Positions 13,401 through 25,400 of a stretch of DNA of 64,000 nt are shown in pieces. A program made the position numbers and the translations under genes. The notes under the pieces were generated by a model. The model ran no database searches and was not told where the DNA came from. It saw only the letters and a list, made by a program, of their open reading frames with translations. How positions within the stretch are numbered: the stretch's first letter is position 1; each line of letters starts with the position of its first letter. Origin of the DNA: Phoronis australis (Eukaryota > Animalia > Phoronida); the NCBI GenBank assembly GCA_002633005.1, contig NMRA01000041.1:687294-751293 (forward strand). Direction: 5' to 3'.

Positions 13401-16302
13401 AAGGGATATGATCAAAAGACGGCTATCCAATCTAAAAAGTCGCAAGCGATGACCACTCTCACATCTGCATTCCGTTAATGCTTACCTGTTATCCCATAGG
13501 GCCGCCATACAGCTGAAGTTTTTCAGCCAATTAGACCTCACAGTCATTAAATCACAAGTCATGTTGTTTTAAGTACCTTTTGTGCATGGAGGGACACTTT
13601 AGGAGGCCGTTGATGTCTTTAACCCATCCCACGTCATGCCCCCAAGAGCAAGCAGTGTCAAAATGACTAGTGCCAATTTGGGTAAATTAACAAGACTGAA
13701 AAAAAGTTTGATTGTGGGAGTATAAATTTGTTCGAGCTGGGAAGACATCGACGGCCTCCTAACTAAGGTGTCCCTCTATACGCAAAAGGTACTAATTATA
13801 GCAAGGTGACTTTGACTGTTTAATCCGTGTGAGGCATAATGCGTCAAAAAGATTCCAGAATATGGAGGGTGTATGGGATGGCCGCAGTCTCTACTAGGGC
13901 CAGTTGAAACGGTGGTACTGGGCCGGGAGTTGAGCTGAGTACCTGAACAACTACAGCAAGCTCTCTACTAAAACCCGCTGTGGTCAGAAAGTAAACCGCC
14001 AACAACTAATTTTACAAAATGAATTGCAATCTGGATTTAATTTGAAGTTGCCGTGACCTGATAAAACATAAAATTCACAAGACTCAAAGTGAACAAGACT
14101 ACTATAAACTATTGCGGGGAGAAGGTCTGTAAACAGGAAGAAAGTTGACTCACCATTAGTGTGAGATGCACCGTCACCAGGAAGTATAAAACTTTCATCC
14201 AACTTGATGATGTCCCACAATGCAATGCACAGTCCAACATCGGGAACAACCTGAAATATAAAAGAGTAACACTCAGTCACTCAGTACAAGTATGTGCTGA
14301 GTTTCAAACACGGAATTTGGGATTGAGAGCCAAAAATCAGTGATTAGGACAAAAAAAGCACAAATAGTTCAGGTCTGTTTTTTAACATTAAGCTGGCAGA
14401 GCAGTTGTTGACTCCTATGTTCATGTACTTATGCCAGTCTTTGTTAGTGACCACATGTTATCAGTACTTAGTACTTAGTGTTGTCAGATGACTGGAGCAT
14501 TATGGGACTGTTCTGTCACTCTCTCTTCTGGTCCTTGGTGGAAAGCTGAATACATTAATTATACAGTTTTCTCCCAATGTGGGTATAAAACTAACCAAAT
14601 AAAATCTAACACAAAATTAGTGTCATTAAAACTACACACTTCCTTGAGTAAACTAAATTCTTTAATGGTGTTTAAGAAATTGGCATTTTATCGTTATGCT
14701 GCTGCTAAAATTGTGGTGAGATCTTGTGTCGGCTTTCGGCGCCATGAAATATTGCGTCACCTATTGGCCAGTTTCTCTTTTCCCAGATTCTTCAATCAAT
14801 TGTTCTTTTCTTCCAATAGGTTGCGAACATGCCACATCAAATTAACAGAACTGGTTCCATTTCATTAAAAGTTTTTAGTATTTTAATACCAGCAAACCGA
14901 ATTTCAGAACAAATTTTGCTGCTGTGAAGCTGTCATCATCTCCCGAAAGACGTCGCAAAATTTAAGGAAATGGCGCGTGCTCATGTCACGAGCGTACTGT
15001 TTTGAAAACAACGACAGGCTTTTCCTTGTTACAAAAGGCAAAGAATTATGCAAGAAAATGACACTGAATAGATTGCTTTTCACTTTAACATCTGCAATGG
15101 GCAAGGTGAGTATTGGTTAGCTCTGCATGTTGACATAAGTTTCACAACGAGGTGACGAGCTGAACTACCCAGGCTGTGTGAAATTTCGGGTCTAATGGAG
15201 CTCAATACACAGTGGTACCTAGCTGTATTTTGACGATAGTCTTCATACAGCTACTGAGCTAGCTGACTGACTATGCCTTACTACGGCCTTACACCGGTTA
15301 GGCAATGACCATCGCCTCTGAGGCGATGCATTGGCTATAGGCGCTCTGTACACCGGAAGCTTTTCGGCGAATTATGCCTCGCACTGACTAAACCATCAAA
15401 GTCACGTTGTTATAGATACCTTTTGCGTATAGAGGAACACCTGAGGAGGTTGTCGATGTGTTTAATTCCTTTCAACTCGAACAAATACTCCCATTATCAA
15501 ACTTTTTCTTCGAGCAGTCCCTATTTCAGTTCCCAAAATTGTGAACTCACCATTTTTATACTGCGCACGCTCCAATTTTTACCGCACTCGCTAGGTGATG
15601 TGACTTCATGCCCTCAATCTTTAAATAGGCCAAAGGTGAGCCATTGCGGTCTTGTCTTTAATTGGCATTACTTGAAACTGATTGTATTTCACTGAATTAT
15701 TGTTTGTATTTGATAAAAATAAATGCTGTTGATATGACATTTAATAGTCTTTGTGCACATATTTGACATTTTAATGTTTAACAACATGGCAAATACACGG
15801 CTGGTTCCCGGCAGCACGTACGCGGAGGGCGGGAACTTCAGCTTTCAAAGTTCGTCGGTAGGTCCGCAACTTCTGACCTTCGGCCTGATTAAAAAATGAA
15901 AATGTTGATTTCACGATTTTGGGAACTGAAATAGGGACTGCTCGAAGAATAAGTTTCATAACGGGAGTATTTGTTCGAGTTGGAAGGAATTAAACACATC
16001 GACAACCTCCTGGTGTTCCTCTATGCGCAAAAGGTATTTATAACAACGTGACTTTGATGGTTTAGTCGGTGCGAGGCATAATTCCCCGAAAAGCTTCCGG
16101 CGTACATAGCGCCTATAGCCTCTGCATCGCCTTTGGTTCGGGCCAACAGAGGCGATGGTCATTGCCAGGCATACCGTCACACGCCGGTTACCTTGTTGCC
16201 CAGCTTTTTGTTAATTGCTTCAGTGATGGCATCCTTCTGTTTGACGTGAAAAGACCACGGGCTAATTCGTACAGTATCTTTCATTTCAACAAGAACAAAC
16301 AT
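1494..16302 (-). CDS. POLR3H: RNA polymerase III subunit RPC8/RPC25, 5 exons in window, 3' end outside window
   Basis: Exons 16302-16192 ([37 protein letters not shown]), 14250-14154 ([32 protein letters not shown]), 5159-5073 ([29 protein letters not shown]), 2482-2419 ([22 protein letters not shown]), 1580-1494 ([29 protein letters not shown]). All junctions are GT-AG and phase-compatible; the joined protein closely matches the RPC8 sequence as I know it. Confidence 0.96.
1581..2418 (-). other. U12-type (minor spliceosome) GT-AG intron, POLR3H intron 4
   Basis: Donor reads GTATCCTTT on the minus strand (U12 consensus). Branch-site-like TTCCTTAC lies about 9 nt before the end of the intron, with no polypyrimidine tract. 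Confidence 0.9.
1948..2046. repeat. short degenerate tandem repeat
   Basis: About 3 imperfect copies of (c)acatcccatatttcat(a/g)aaagacagtccatgt inside the U12 intron. Confidence 0.6.
2807..4725. mobile_element. non-autonomous DNA transposon, hAT-like, ~1.9 kb
   Basis: Perfect 11-bp TIRs CAGGGCTCGAC / GTCGAGCCCTG. Subterminal AGGTCGCA / TGCGACCT repeats at both ends. Flanks tatttata / ttatatac resemble a degraded TSD. No transposase ORF. Confidence 0.8.
5280..7294 (-). mobile_element. HINE/DINE-1-like element with long internal tandem array
   Basis: About 10 or more diverged units with CCACTAG(A/G)NGGC and CCAAATTT motifs; ends GACAGACAGA...ATATGTGGGCGCATAAAAA. Confidence 0.75.
7420..7626. 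repeat. ~30-bp minisatellite
   Basis: About 7 copies of ttgttnccctgaatcttttatacaat(a/g)ccat. Confidence 0.85.
9406..9414 (+). promoter_or_regulatory. TATA box of the nested peptide gene
   Basis: TATATAAAA followed by a short putative non-coding exon ending at donor GTCAGT (9480); acceptor TTTGTTTTCAAG (9718) lies 6 nt before the ATG. Confidence 0.55.
9725..13112 (+). CDS. small secreted peptide precursor (68 aa), nested antisense in POLR3H intron 2
   Basis: Exons 9725-9783 (donor GTAAGT), 12548-12679 (acceptor TTTTCACTGCAG, donor GTTAGT), 13097-13112 (acceptor TTTTCAG). Both introns are phase 2 and join in frame: [68 protein letters not shown]. Typical signal peptide ending VDA; AATAAA at 13165-13170. 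Confidence 0.75.
11717..11760. mobile_element. 44-bp micro-MITE inserted in the Penelope element
   Basis: CCATGGGC...GCCCATGG flanked by AAC on both sides (3-bp TSD). Removing it restores the reading YPSDEHVLK. Related termini at 45250-45404 and 60825-60990. Confidence 0.7.
12298..12342 (+). ncRNA. minimal hammerhead ribozyme motif (Penelope-associated), probably degenerate
   Basis: CTGATGA (12306-12312), stem II GTGAC/GTCAC, GAAA, then palindromic TATA in place of stem III. Stem I pairing is weak. Confidence 0.6.
13491..13879. mobile_element. foldback MITE with long imperfect TIRs
   Basis: ATCCCATA...AGTACCTTTTG...TAGGAGGCCGTTGATGTCTT inverted against AAGACATCGACGGCCTCCTA...CAAAAGGTACT...TATGGGAT. 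Internal arms resemble those of the 15299-16168 element. Confidence 0.75.
15299..16168. mobile_element. foldback element with ~260-bp inverted arms in POLR3H intron 1
   Basis: TAGGCAATGACCATCGCCTCTG...CAGTCCCTATTTCAGTTCCCAAAAT is mirrored by ATTTTGGGAACTGAAATAGGGACTG...CAGAGGCGATGGTCATTGCC. Confidence 0.85.
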
Positions 16303-16477
16303 CTCGCACACGCTGCTGTTTCGCGACTGGGCATAACTGACGTTCTCAAAACATTGTTCACATGTTCAGAAATTTAAGACGCACTCCGTCCGCTTCCGGT
16401 TTAACTCAAACAACAGGTGGCAGCACGCAAACACGGAACTTCTATTCACGCGACATCTGGCGATCATGCTGTGACAG
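16303..16477. promoter_or_regulatory. putative bidirectional promoter (POLR3H / CYP) and non-coding first exon of CYP
   Basis: CpG-rich segment immediately upstream of the POLR3H ATG, with ETS-like CTTCCGG (~16393). Plus-strand donor ACAG|GTTTGT at 16477/16478 could pair with the acceptor just upstream of the CYP ATG. Confidence 0.5.
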
Positions 16478-19443
16478 GTTTGTTTTTGCACTGGACCTTT
16501 GATCGATTACGGTTTGCCTTAAGAGTCTTATGATAACAGAAAGGTTGTTTCTATCATAGTATACACAGGCAAGTTGATGCCTCCATCTGGAGTCTACATT
16601 GATCCTGTGTTGACACGATTTGACGTTAAATGCCTGGAATGACGAGCCTGGGATAGGGGAAAGAGGACATGTCACATTGTGACTGTGTTTTGGCTTTTGC
16701 GACTTCAATGGATTTATGGGATTGAGATTTAAGTACTATCCAACTTGAGGCCAGGGGCAGGTTCCATGTTCACTCAATTTCAAGCTCCTTTGGTGCAGTC
16801 ACCAAAAGCTTGTTTTTCATATTTCAACCAAGGATTTTGAAGAAACACCTGTCTGTATACCAGTGACCTAAAAACCCCTCCTTTACATACAAGATGTATA
16901 TCCATTTGAAACATTACCTTGTTAAAGTGAACTTTACCAAAATTGGTCGCTGTCAGCTTAAAGTGAAATTCAAATTCGTACCGTTCTCTCCAGCTTCGAA
17001 TCAAACCCAGAACCCCTGCCTCAAGGAACTTAACCAATCGGTTGATCAGTTAAACTTGAAGTGCATGACGGTCAAGTTTAATTCAAAACTTCATTTACAG
17101 TATAATAGAAGTCTCATTGTAAATTTTCCACTTATTTAGCTTACAATATGGCTGACAATTAAAATTTCCGCACAAAAACAAAGGTTGAAAAAAATTATTT
17201 GGCCATTAGCATGGGTTGTAAGATGTCTTATAAAACACGTTCCATTTGACAATGTTCCAGTTATTTGCAACACGGTAATCAGCTTTTGAAAAATGGTAAA
17301 ATGTCAATTTTGGTACTTATTTCTATGCAAAATAAGTGGTACAGTAACTACTGTACTTGGTAGTGCAGTGTTAAGTTTTGGCATAGTCTCATTCTTGTCG
17401 TTTTGTTTCAGCCTTTACAGAACATCACACATGTGGTTAATACCAGTCTCTCTAGTTACTGTGGCCTTAACCCTTTTGTACTGGTTTGTATATCAACCTA
17501 TATACCATATTGTCTTACACTGTTCCACATTTACTGACAACAGCGGGTTTAATCCTGCTGGTCCTTGTACAACATCGAAATGCACTGGACCAAATAATCT
17601 TGTATACATCAGACTGATTCTGTTTACTCGGTTACAAATATGTGATTTTTTATGAAGAGCAGTTTTTATTCCATCCTCGTTTTAATATAATTTTCCTTTA
17701 ACTTTGTTTAAGTTCATAGTTTTCCTTCAATCATGATTTATCACTTTCTTTAAAAACATGTTGTGATTCAGTTTTGGTGATGGGACCCTTTATCCTTTGT
17801 TTTGGTTTTAATTTCTCTTTGATTATGAACTGGATAGGTGAAGATTCATATTTTAACTCAATACTATTTGCCTTAAAATGCATATGATAGTTGAATTCTT
17901 TCTGTCAACAGGCACTTCAAACGATGTTACGAGTTCTTCAAACGGCTTGGTGTTGATGGACCACCCCCNACAGGTTTGTTTTTGCACTGGACCTTTGATC
18001 GATTACGGTTTGCCTTAAGTTTCTTATGATTAACAGAAAGGTTGTTTCTATCATAGTATACACAGGCAAGTTGATGCCTCCATCTGGAGTCTACATTGAT
18101 CCTGTGTTGACACGTTTTGACGTTAAATGCCTGGAATGACGAGCCTGGGATAGTGGAAAGAGGACATGTCACATTATGACTGTGTTTTGCGACTTCAAAT
18201 GGATTTATGGGATTGAGATTTAAGTACTATCCAACTTGAGGCCAGGGGCAAGTTCCATGTTCACCCAATTTCAAGCTCCTTTGTAGCAGTCAACAAAAGC
18301 TTGCTTTTCATATTTCAACCAAGGATTTTGAAGAAACACCTGTCTGTATACCAGGGACCTAAAAACCCCTCCTTTACATACAAGATGTATCCATTTAAAA
18401 CATTCCCTTGTTAAAGTGAACTTTACCAAAATTGGTCGCTGTCAGCTTAAAGTGAAATTCAAAGTCGTACCCTTCTCTCCAGCTTGGAATCAAACCCAGA
18501 ACCCCTGCCTCAAGGAACTTAACCAATCGGTTGATCAGTTAAACTTGAAGTGCATGACGGTCAAGTTTAATTCAAAACTTCATTTACAGTTTAATAGAGG
18601 TCTCATTGTAAATTTTCCACTTATTTAGCTTGCAATATGGCTGACAAAAACAAAGGTTGAAAAAAATTAGTTGGCCATTAGCATGGGTTGTAAGATGTCA
18701 TATAAAACACGTTCCATTTGACAATCATGTTTCAGTTATTTGCAACACGGTAATCAGGTTTTGAAAAATGGTAAAATGTCAATTTTGGTACTGATTTCTG
18801 TGCAAAATAAGTGGTACGGTAACTACTGTACTTGGTAGTGCATTGTTCAGTTTTGGCATAGTCTCATTCTTGTCGTTTTGTTTCAGCCTTTACAGAACAT
18901 CACACATGTGGTTCATACCAGTCTCTCTACTTACTGTGGCCTTAACCCTTTTGTACTGGTTTGTATATCAACCTATATACCATATTGTTTTACACTGTTC
19001 CACATTTACTGACAACAGCGGGTTTAATCCTGCTGGTCCTTGTACAACATCGAAATGCACTGGACCAAATAATCTTGTATACATCAGACTGATTCTGTTT
19101 ACTCATTTACAAATATGTGATTTTTTATGAAGAGCAGTTTTTATTCCATCCTCGTTTTAATATAATTTTCCTTTAACTTTGTTTAAGTTCATAGTTTTCC
19201 TTCAATCATGATTTATCACTTTCTTTAAAAACATGTTGTGATTCAGTTTTGGTGATGGGACCCTTTATCCTTTGTTTTGGTTTTAATTTCTCTTTGATTA
19301 TGAACTGGATAGGTGAAGATTCATATTTTAACTCAATACTATTTGCCTTAAAATGCATATGATAGTTGAATTCTTTCTGTCAACAGGCACTTCAAACGAT
19401 GTTACGAGTTCTTCAAACGGCTTGGTGTTGATGGACCACCCCC
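16474..19443. repeat. near-identical tandem duplication around a single N (17969), probable haplotype/assembly overlap
   Basis: 16474-17968 versus 17970-19443, differing by SNPs and small indels. The first copy stops mid-exon exactly at the N. Confidence 0.85.
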
Positions 19444-22400
19444 TACTGTACCTCTCGGTAATCTAGCTGAGGTTGGCCCAGATGTAAGTGGAACCAGGAA
19501 GAATTTAGGAAACTTTCCCAGTAGTTTAAACTTGTTATGTAATGGTTGGAACAGAGGTTCTGTTTCTGATGTATTTCGTGATGGATGATGAGGTTACTGT
19601 CATGCCCTGCATTGTTGGGTCCATGTAATTTTTGTAACTATTAGATGCTACTATGAACTCAACTGGTGAAATCTCACTAGTTTAGTGCATAATATGGCGA
19701 ACTAGTGAAATTTTATTTTTGCATGTTCTTCAGAAAAATCTGTTGAAGCTCTTTTGTGTTCTACCACGGTGACCAGACATTGTTTTGAAAAATTGTGGGC
19801 ATTGCAGTCATTTTTCAAATGCATTTTAAGCTGGTTGTGGGGGTGTAAATTAGTGGTTGAATAAACTAATCATTAATTTGTGACTGTGTAAACTGATTAA
19901 TATTAATTTGTTTTGGTGACATTTAACTTCGGCGTGATTGAATGACACGTACCTCAAGAATCTTTGTATAAAAAATGTCAATCCACTTTCATGTATTCTG
20001 AGGCTTACTTTCAGTTTCTGTTTTTGTAAAATGTTTGCTTAGCCATTTTCACACTAAAAGTCATGCTGTAGTGAACCCATGCTTTAAATGGTGGTGTGCT
20101 CAAGTGGTAACTGTTAAACAGTCATTTTTCGTCACGTTGTTAAGCATGCAACCAACTTATCTATGATGTCACCAGAGCATTTGAAAACTGACGGCTGCAC
20201 TGTAGATGAAATCCCCTGCATTAAACTGAGTTTTCCAGCCCCAATTACGAAAGTCTGCCACTTCCCTTCCATCATTTAGGACCAGGCATTGTGACTTTCA
20301 AGTCTTGTGACATCTGCATGTAGTCGTACCTATATCTTTTTTCCCTGACTGTATATTTCCTTTTTGTTCTCTGTTGTCTATTGTTTTACTTGTAGTTACT
20401 GTTTATCGCTATACTTCATTGCTTTCCGTGTCCTTGGTGTTGCTATCAATTTCTATGTTTCTGGTCACGTGACCTTTGACCACCTAAACCAGCTGTGTCA
20501 ACATCAGCGTAGTGATCTCAATCATTTGATATTTAGGCTGTTCACTTGATGATAACGGTGACCAGCATCCTGAGACCAGTGTTATGCCTCAATCATTTGA
20601 TATTTAGGCTGTTCACTTGATGATAACGGTGACCAGCATCCTGAGACCTGTGTTATGCATTTTGCAGCAAATGTCCTCGGTTAAAAGTTATTGGATTGAA
20701 GGTTGAATTGTGGCACCTTGAAATTAATGTATAATTTAATAACTTGGTTATTAATTTAATACTGGTTGGTGTTGTGGACAGTTTTGACACGTAATTGCAA
20801 GGCTGGATGCTTAGCATAACATCAACTCACCAAAATACGACCTGGCAAAATCCCCAGGTCAACAGATGGGAACCGAGGTCGCCTAACCTCCTTGGCAAGA
20901 GCCGAAAATGAAATAAATGAGATATCTTAAGTGAAGAACTGGCGAAGTTGAAGAACGGCAACGTTTTTTGCTCAAACGGTAAATTAGAATTTTCCCAGGC
21001 CATCGAATTGACCACTGAATTGCACTTCCCTTTAAAAGACAATTTCTGGTTGTGTTATATATTCTTAAAGGGACATTGTCTCAAGAAATGCGTTGCTGGC
21101 AAAATCCATATATATTTTACATGGATTTGTTCACTCATGTTGATGACTTCTAATAAAACTACTCTTGCATCAAATTCAAGAAAGTGACACAGATAGGGCA
21201 TTTTACACTCAGCTCCTTGTTTACAGGGATTCCTGGAACCTCTTGCAAAGTGGAGGGAAAAGTATGGGTGCGTTTTTGGGTATGTGTAGTGTATTTTTGT
21301 AATTATTTTCTGTATTTGTTGAATTTTTAATGTTTCTCCCGTACTTATGTTCCTTCCTTTCAAATTAAGCCTTTAGTTATTAGAAACTCCCTTGTTTCGT
21401 GCACCTTGTACTTCGACACTAGATTTGCACAAGAACTGTGAGTGCTGTCAATTTTTTATATCATGAACACTAATCCAAGTTCCTTTTGTGTAAAGCAGAA
21501 CAACTACGTGTTAGGATAACTACTGCAGTCACTATTTTTAAACATTCCATTTTATCCTTAAGATTGATATCTAGATTAATTGGAAACCACTTGTTGTCTA
21601 GAAATGACTAAATGAGATTTATTTATATTGTCACGCAGTGTCATCTTTAAAATTCACTGTTTTGGTTCATGTTTTACGTAGAACCATCATTTTTTAATAC
21701 GAAGAATTAACATTGCTAATTACTCTACACAAAATCATGGCCCTTCATGGAGATTCATCTCTGCTAATATGCTTTTCTTCAGTTTGAGATTTTCAATCAG
21801 CTTGATATAATTAACACTTTTGGCTCTATGACACCTAGTGAGAATATAGCTAACTAACCTTTCTAAGTGTGTTTTCTTTTTCTTTGTCTTTGTCTCTGGT
21901 AAAGCTAATGACTCACATCTTGTATGTTGTGTCTGTGGAATTAATTGTTGAAATAAAGTTTGATTAATCAATTAACGGTGTACTATTTTAACTGTTTTTA
22001 TGTTTTAGATATTTTGAGGGACCCACTCCAGTGTTGGTGTTATCAGACCCAGATGTCATTAGGTCCATTTTGGTCACTGATTTTAACAACTTCAGAGAAA
22101 GAAAGGTAACATCATTACATAGGTGTTCTTTAGCACTGCAGGAAGTTACTGCTGCATTTTGCTGAATAACGAAAAAAGCATTAGGGCATTTACTCTCATG
22201 AAATCAGTCTCTTAATATTCTTTACTGTGATTGGATTCTGTTCTGTTATGAACAAGGAAATTAAAATCATCAGCGATTTAAGAAAACTACATAGTTTGGC
22301 TTATCCTAAAATTGTGATGGTGCATGTACGCATAGCCTGTGGCTTGACTTGAAGTGGAAGTAGAATTCTATCTCAGCAAGGATTTTATGAGACTGATTTT

Positions 22401-25400
22401 TTGAGAGTAATAGGCCTAACTGGATTTCCATTTTTAGCCAATTAATCAAGGTGAAACGCAACTTTAGGTACAATAAAGGCCACAGCAATTTATTTTCAAA
22501 CTACACCACATGCGAAAAATAATGGAATGAAATTCCATTTTCCCATCATGACAAATCCTAGCAACTGTGATGGTTAAATTACTCTTGTGTGCTCTCGGTC
22601 TTCATTACGCAGTAATTCTGCTAACATTCGGCCGTCATCGTGGGAATTCCTGCTTTTGTGCGAACTCAAGACATTATAGTGTCTTTTATTCTATGCTCGA
22701 GTACATGATTACTTACATGGATAATTATTTAGTCCTAGTTTGCAGTTGACAAACACAACATTAAGACTAAAAGTTCAAATTTGAACTCAAAACTTTGAGT
22801 TTTTACTCAAGTTTGTAGGAAGAATGTAAGGACCATCAAGTGCAAACTTGGACTAGAAACTCATGCGTAAACTATAATGTATTCAAACCCAGTCTAATAG
22901 TCACTTATGTTGAGTTCGCACAAAAGTAGAAGAGAAATTGTCAAAAATAATTTCAAGTTCATTTCGAGTACTAAGATTAGATTCCGCGCCCTGGTCATTT
23001 TGTCTGATTATTTTTGGCGTGTACTGTATAGAGCAGCTGTTGACGACTAAGGATTACATTTTTTGATGGTGAAAATTTCATAAAAGTGGTAAAGAACATG
23101 AAATTTTTGTTGAAAGTGTAAAAATAACCTCAGGAAACTTTGTGATTTTTGTTGAAACTAATGAATCCGTGATAAAATAAAAACTAAAAATAGAATTTTT
23201 AAAGTAGTTTTGAAAGTGCATACAACATTGGGTGGTTATAGTGAGGTATGTCCAGTTTCTTGAAAGGGCTTAGAATTTTATGTTTTGAGCTTACATTCTG
23301 TAATGATTTGTAGTATCTGACAGAAGCATGTTACTTTCTGAAATGAAACATTAACTTCTGAAATATCCATTCTGAATAGCATGTGTTTTGAAGAATAATT
23401 TAAATGAACTATAGTTTGTTGCTATTTTGTAATTAAAGTGAGCAAATATACAAAGTTCCAGCACAGCACTCATCCATTGTGTTTGTAGCCCTTTCCTCTG
23501 GTGCCGAAAGACCCTAAAGGTCTTTTTGTTGCCAAAGAAGATAGGTGGCGCTGGTTGCGTCCTCTTCTCTCACCATCTTTTACTAGAAGAAAGATCAAGT
23601 CGGTGAGTTACAGAATTTTGGTTGTTTTGTGTGTCTAAAAGTGATGTCATGTCTAGATTTTTCAAAAGTGCAAAATGTTGTGTTACATCTCTGTAGTCTT
23701 GTTCATTCAGCATGGTTTATACGGACATTTAATCAAGCTTGTCATCCAATGTGAAACTTAGACTGGTGGTGGGAAGGATGGATTTTTTGATTTAGAGGAA
23801 GGATAAAGATGAAAGATTGATGAAAATTAGGAAGGATGGGTTTGTGAATCAAAGTATTTAGTGGCCATTTTGTGAATCATTAGCTTTTGAAGTGGGCAGT
23901 AGTAACACGACTGTGGAATGAGGGTCTAACGATACATTCTCAGGAGATGAATTTAATTTTTGCATTAAATGTACACGTTTACTATACAAGCTTACATCTG
24001 AATGGGAACAGCCTACTACTCAGAGGGGTCACTACTCAGAGGGGTCACTACTCTGAGGGGTCACTACTCCGTAGGTTCACTACTGTGAAGGTTCACTACT
24101 CAGAGGGGTCACTACTCAGAGGGTTCACTACTCAGAGGGGTCACTACTCGAAGGGTTCACTACTCCGAGGGTTCACTACTCCGAGGGTTCACTACTTCGA
24201 GGGTTCACTAGTCCGTAGGTTCACTACTCGGAGGGGTCACTACGCCGAAGGTTCACTACTCAGAGGGTTCACTACTCCGAGAGTTCACTACCCTAAGGGT
24301 TTACTACAAGGTTTCACTACGCCGAAGGTTCACTACTCAAGAGGGTTCACTACTCCGAGAGTTCACTACCCTAAGGGTTCACTACCCTAAGGGTTCACTA
24401 CTCCAAGGTTTCACTACGCCGAAGGTTCACTACTCAGAGGGTTCACTACTCCGAGAGTTCACTACCCTAAGGGTTCACTACTCCAAGGGTTCACTACTCT
24501 GAAGGTTCACTACTCCGAAGTTTCACTACTCCGAGTGTTTACTGCTTCGAAGGTTCACTACTCATAACATTCACTACTCTGAAGATTCACCACTCCAGAA
24601 ATATATAGATTTTCGGACTCTGGTGTAATTTTTATGCGCCCTCTTATAGATGTGTTGTGGCATGTTAGCGTCACTTTGTCCTGGCGTCTGGTTGTTAGGT
24701 TGTCTTGGTGTCCGCTCGATATCTCAAAAACCTCTGGTCATAGTGAACCTTGGCTGTAGTGAACTTTGGCAGTAGTGAACCTTTTCAGTAATGACATGTA
24801 CCCAACTTAAGTACTGTGACAGCAAAGTCAACTTGAAGAAGGTTTTAGCTTTTGACATGCGACATGACATTGACATTTAGTAATAGGATGTGCAATCACA
24901 AATTATAAAAAAATGACCCATCTTTCCCATCAGAACTGCATCCTTCTCATTTGTTTGAGTTCGTATTCCCCATCTCAAGGTCTGTCATTTTGTGTTTCTT
25001 TTACATCAACAGTGAGAGCTTCAAATTTTTGGATCAAACATGTTGATGAAACTAGAACATAATTAGCTACACTTGGTGTTTATTCTGTATGGGTATATAG
25101 GCCTTGACGAATAACATGAACTCCCGAAATGTGACCTTGACAAATTCCTAGGTGGCTGAATGAGAAATGAGCTTTCTAAACCAAGTAAACCTCGTAGGTG
25201 GTGGTTCCACCTTGGTGTGCACAATCACAACTAGCACAATCACAACCAGTTCTGTTTGGCCTTTACGTCAGGAGGAAGCAGACGATCAGAACACATTTTT
25301 GTGCATGTGTCGTAGTCAGCCTCTGCTGGTTTGTGCCAAAGGGTCCTCACTCCCGTCTGTTAATCTGCGGTTTTAGTTTGAACACAGGCTCACCGACTGA

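Noticed and set aside
14750-14790. Minus-strand KEKLANR followed by GT, resembling the end of POLR3H exon 1
   Set aside because: Similarity covers only a few residues; the full exon 1 is at 16192-16302.
20517-20658. Possible tandem hammerhead ribozymes (TTGATGA ... CTGAGAC)
   Set aside because: Neither the exact CUGANGA nor the GAAA core is present; kept only as a tandem duplication.
23887-24390. 167-aa ORF with repetitive [13 protein letters not shown] content
   Set aside because: It is the translation of the 15-16-bp minisatellite inside a CYP intron, with a non-ATG start.
24013-24598. CRISPR-like or telomere-like array
   Set aside because: Units abut without unique spacers, the context is eukaryotic, and the unit is not a telomeric repeat.
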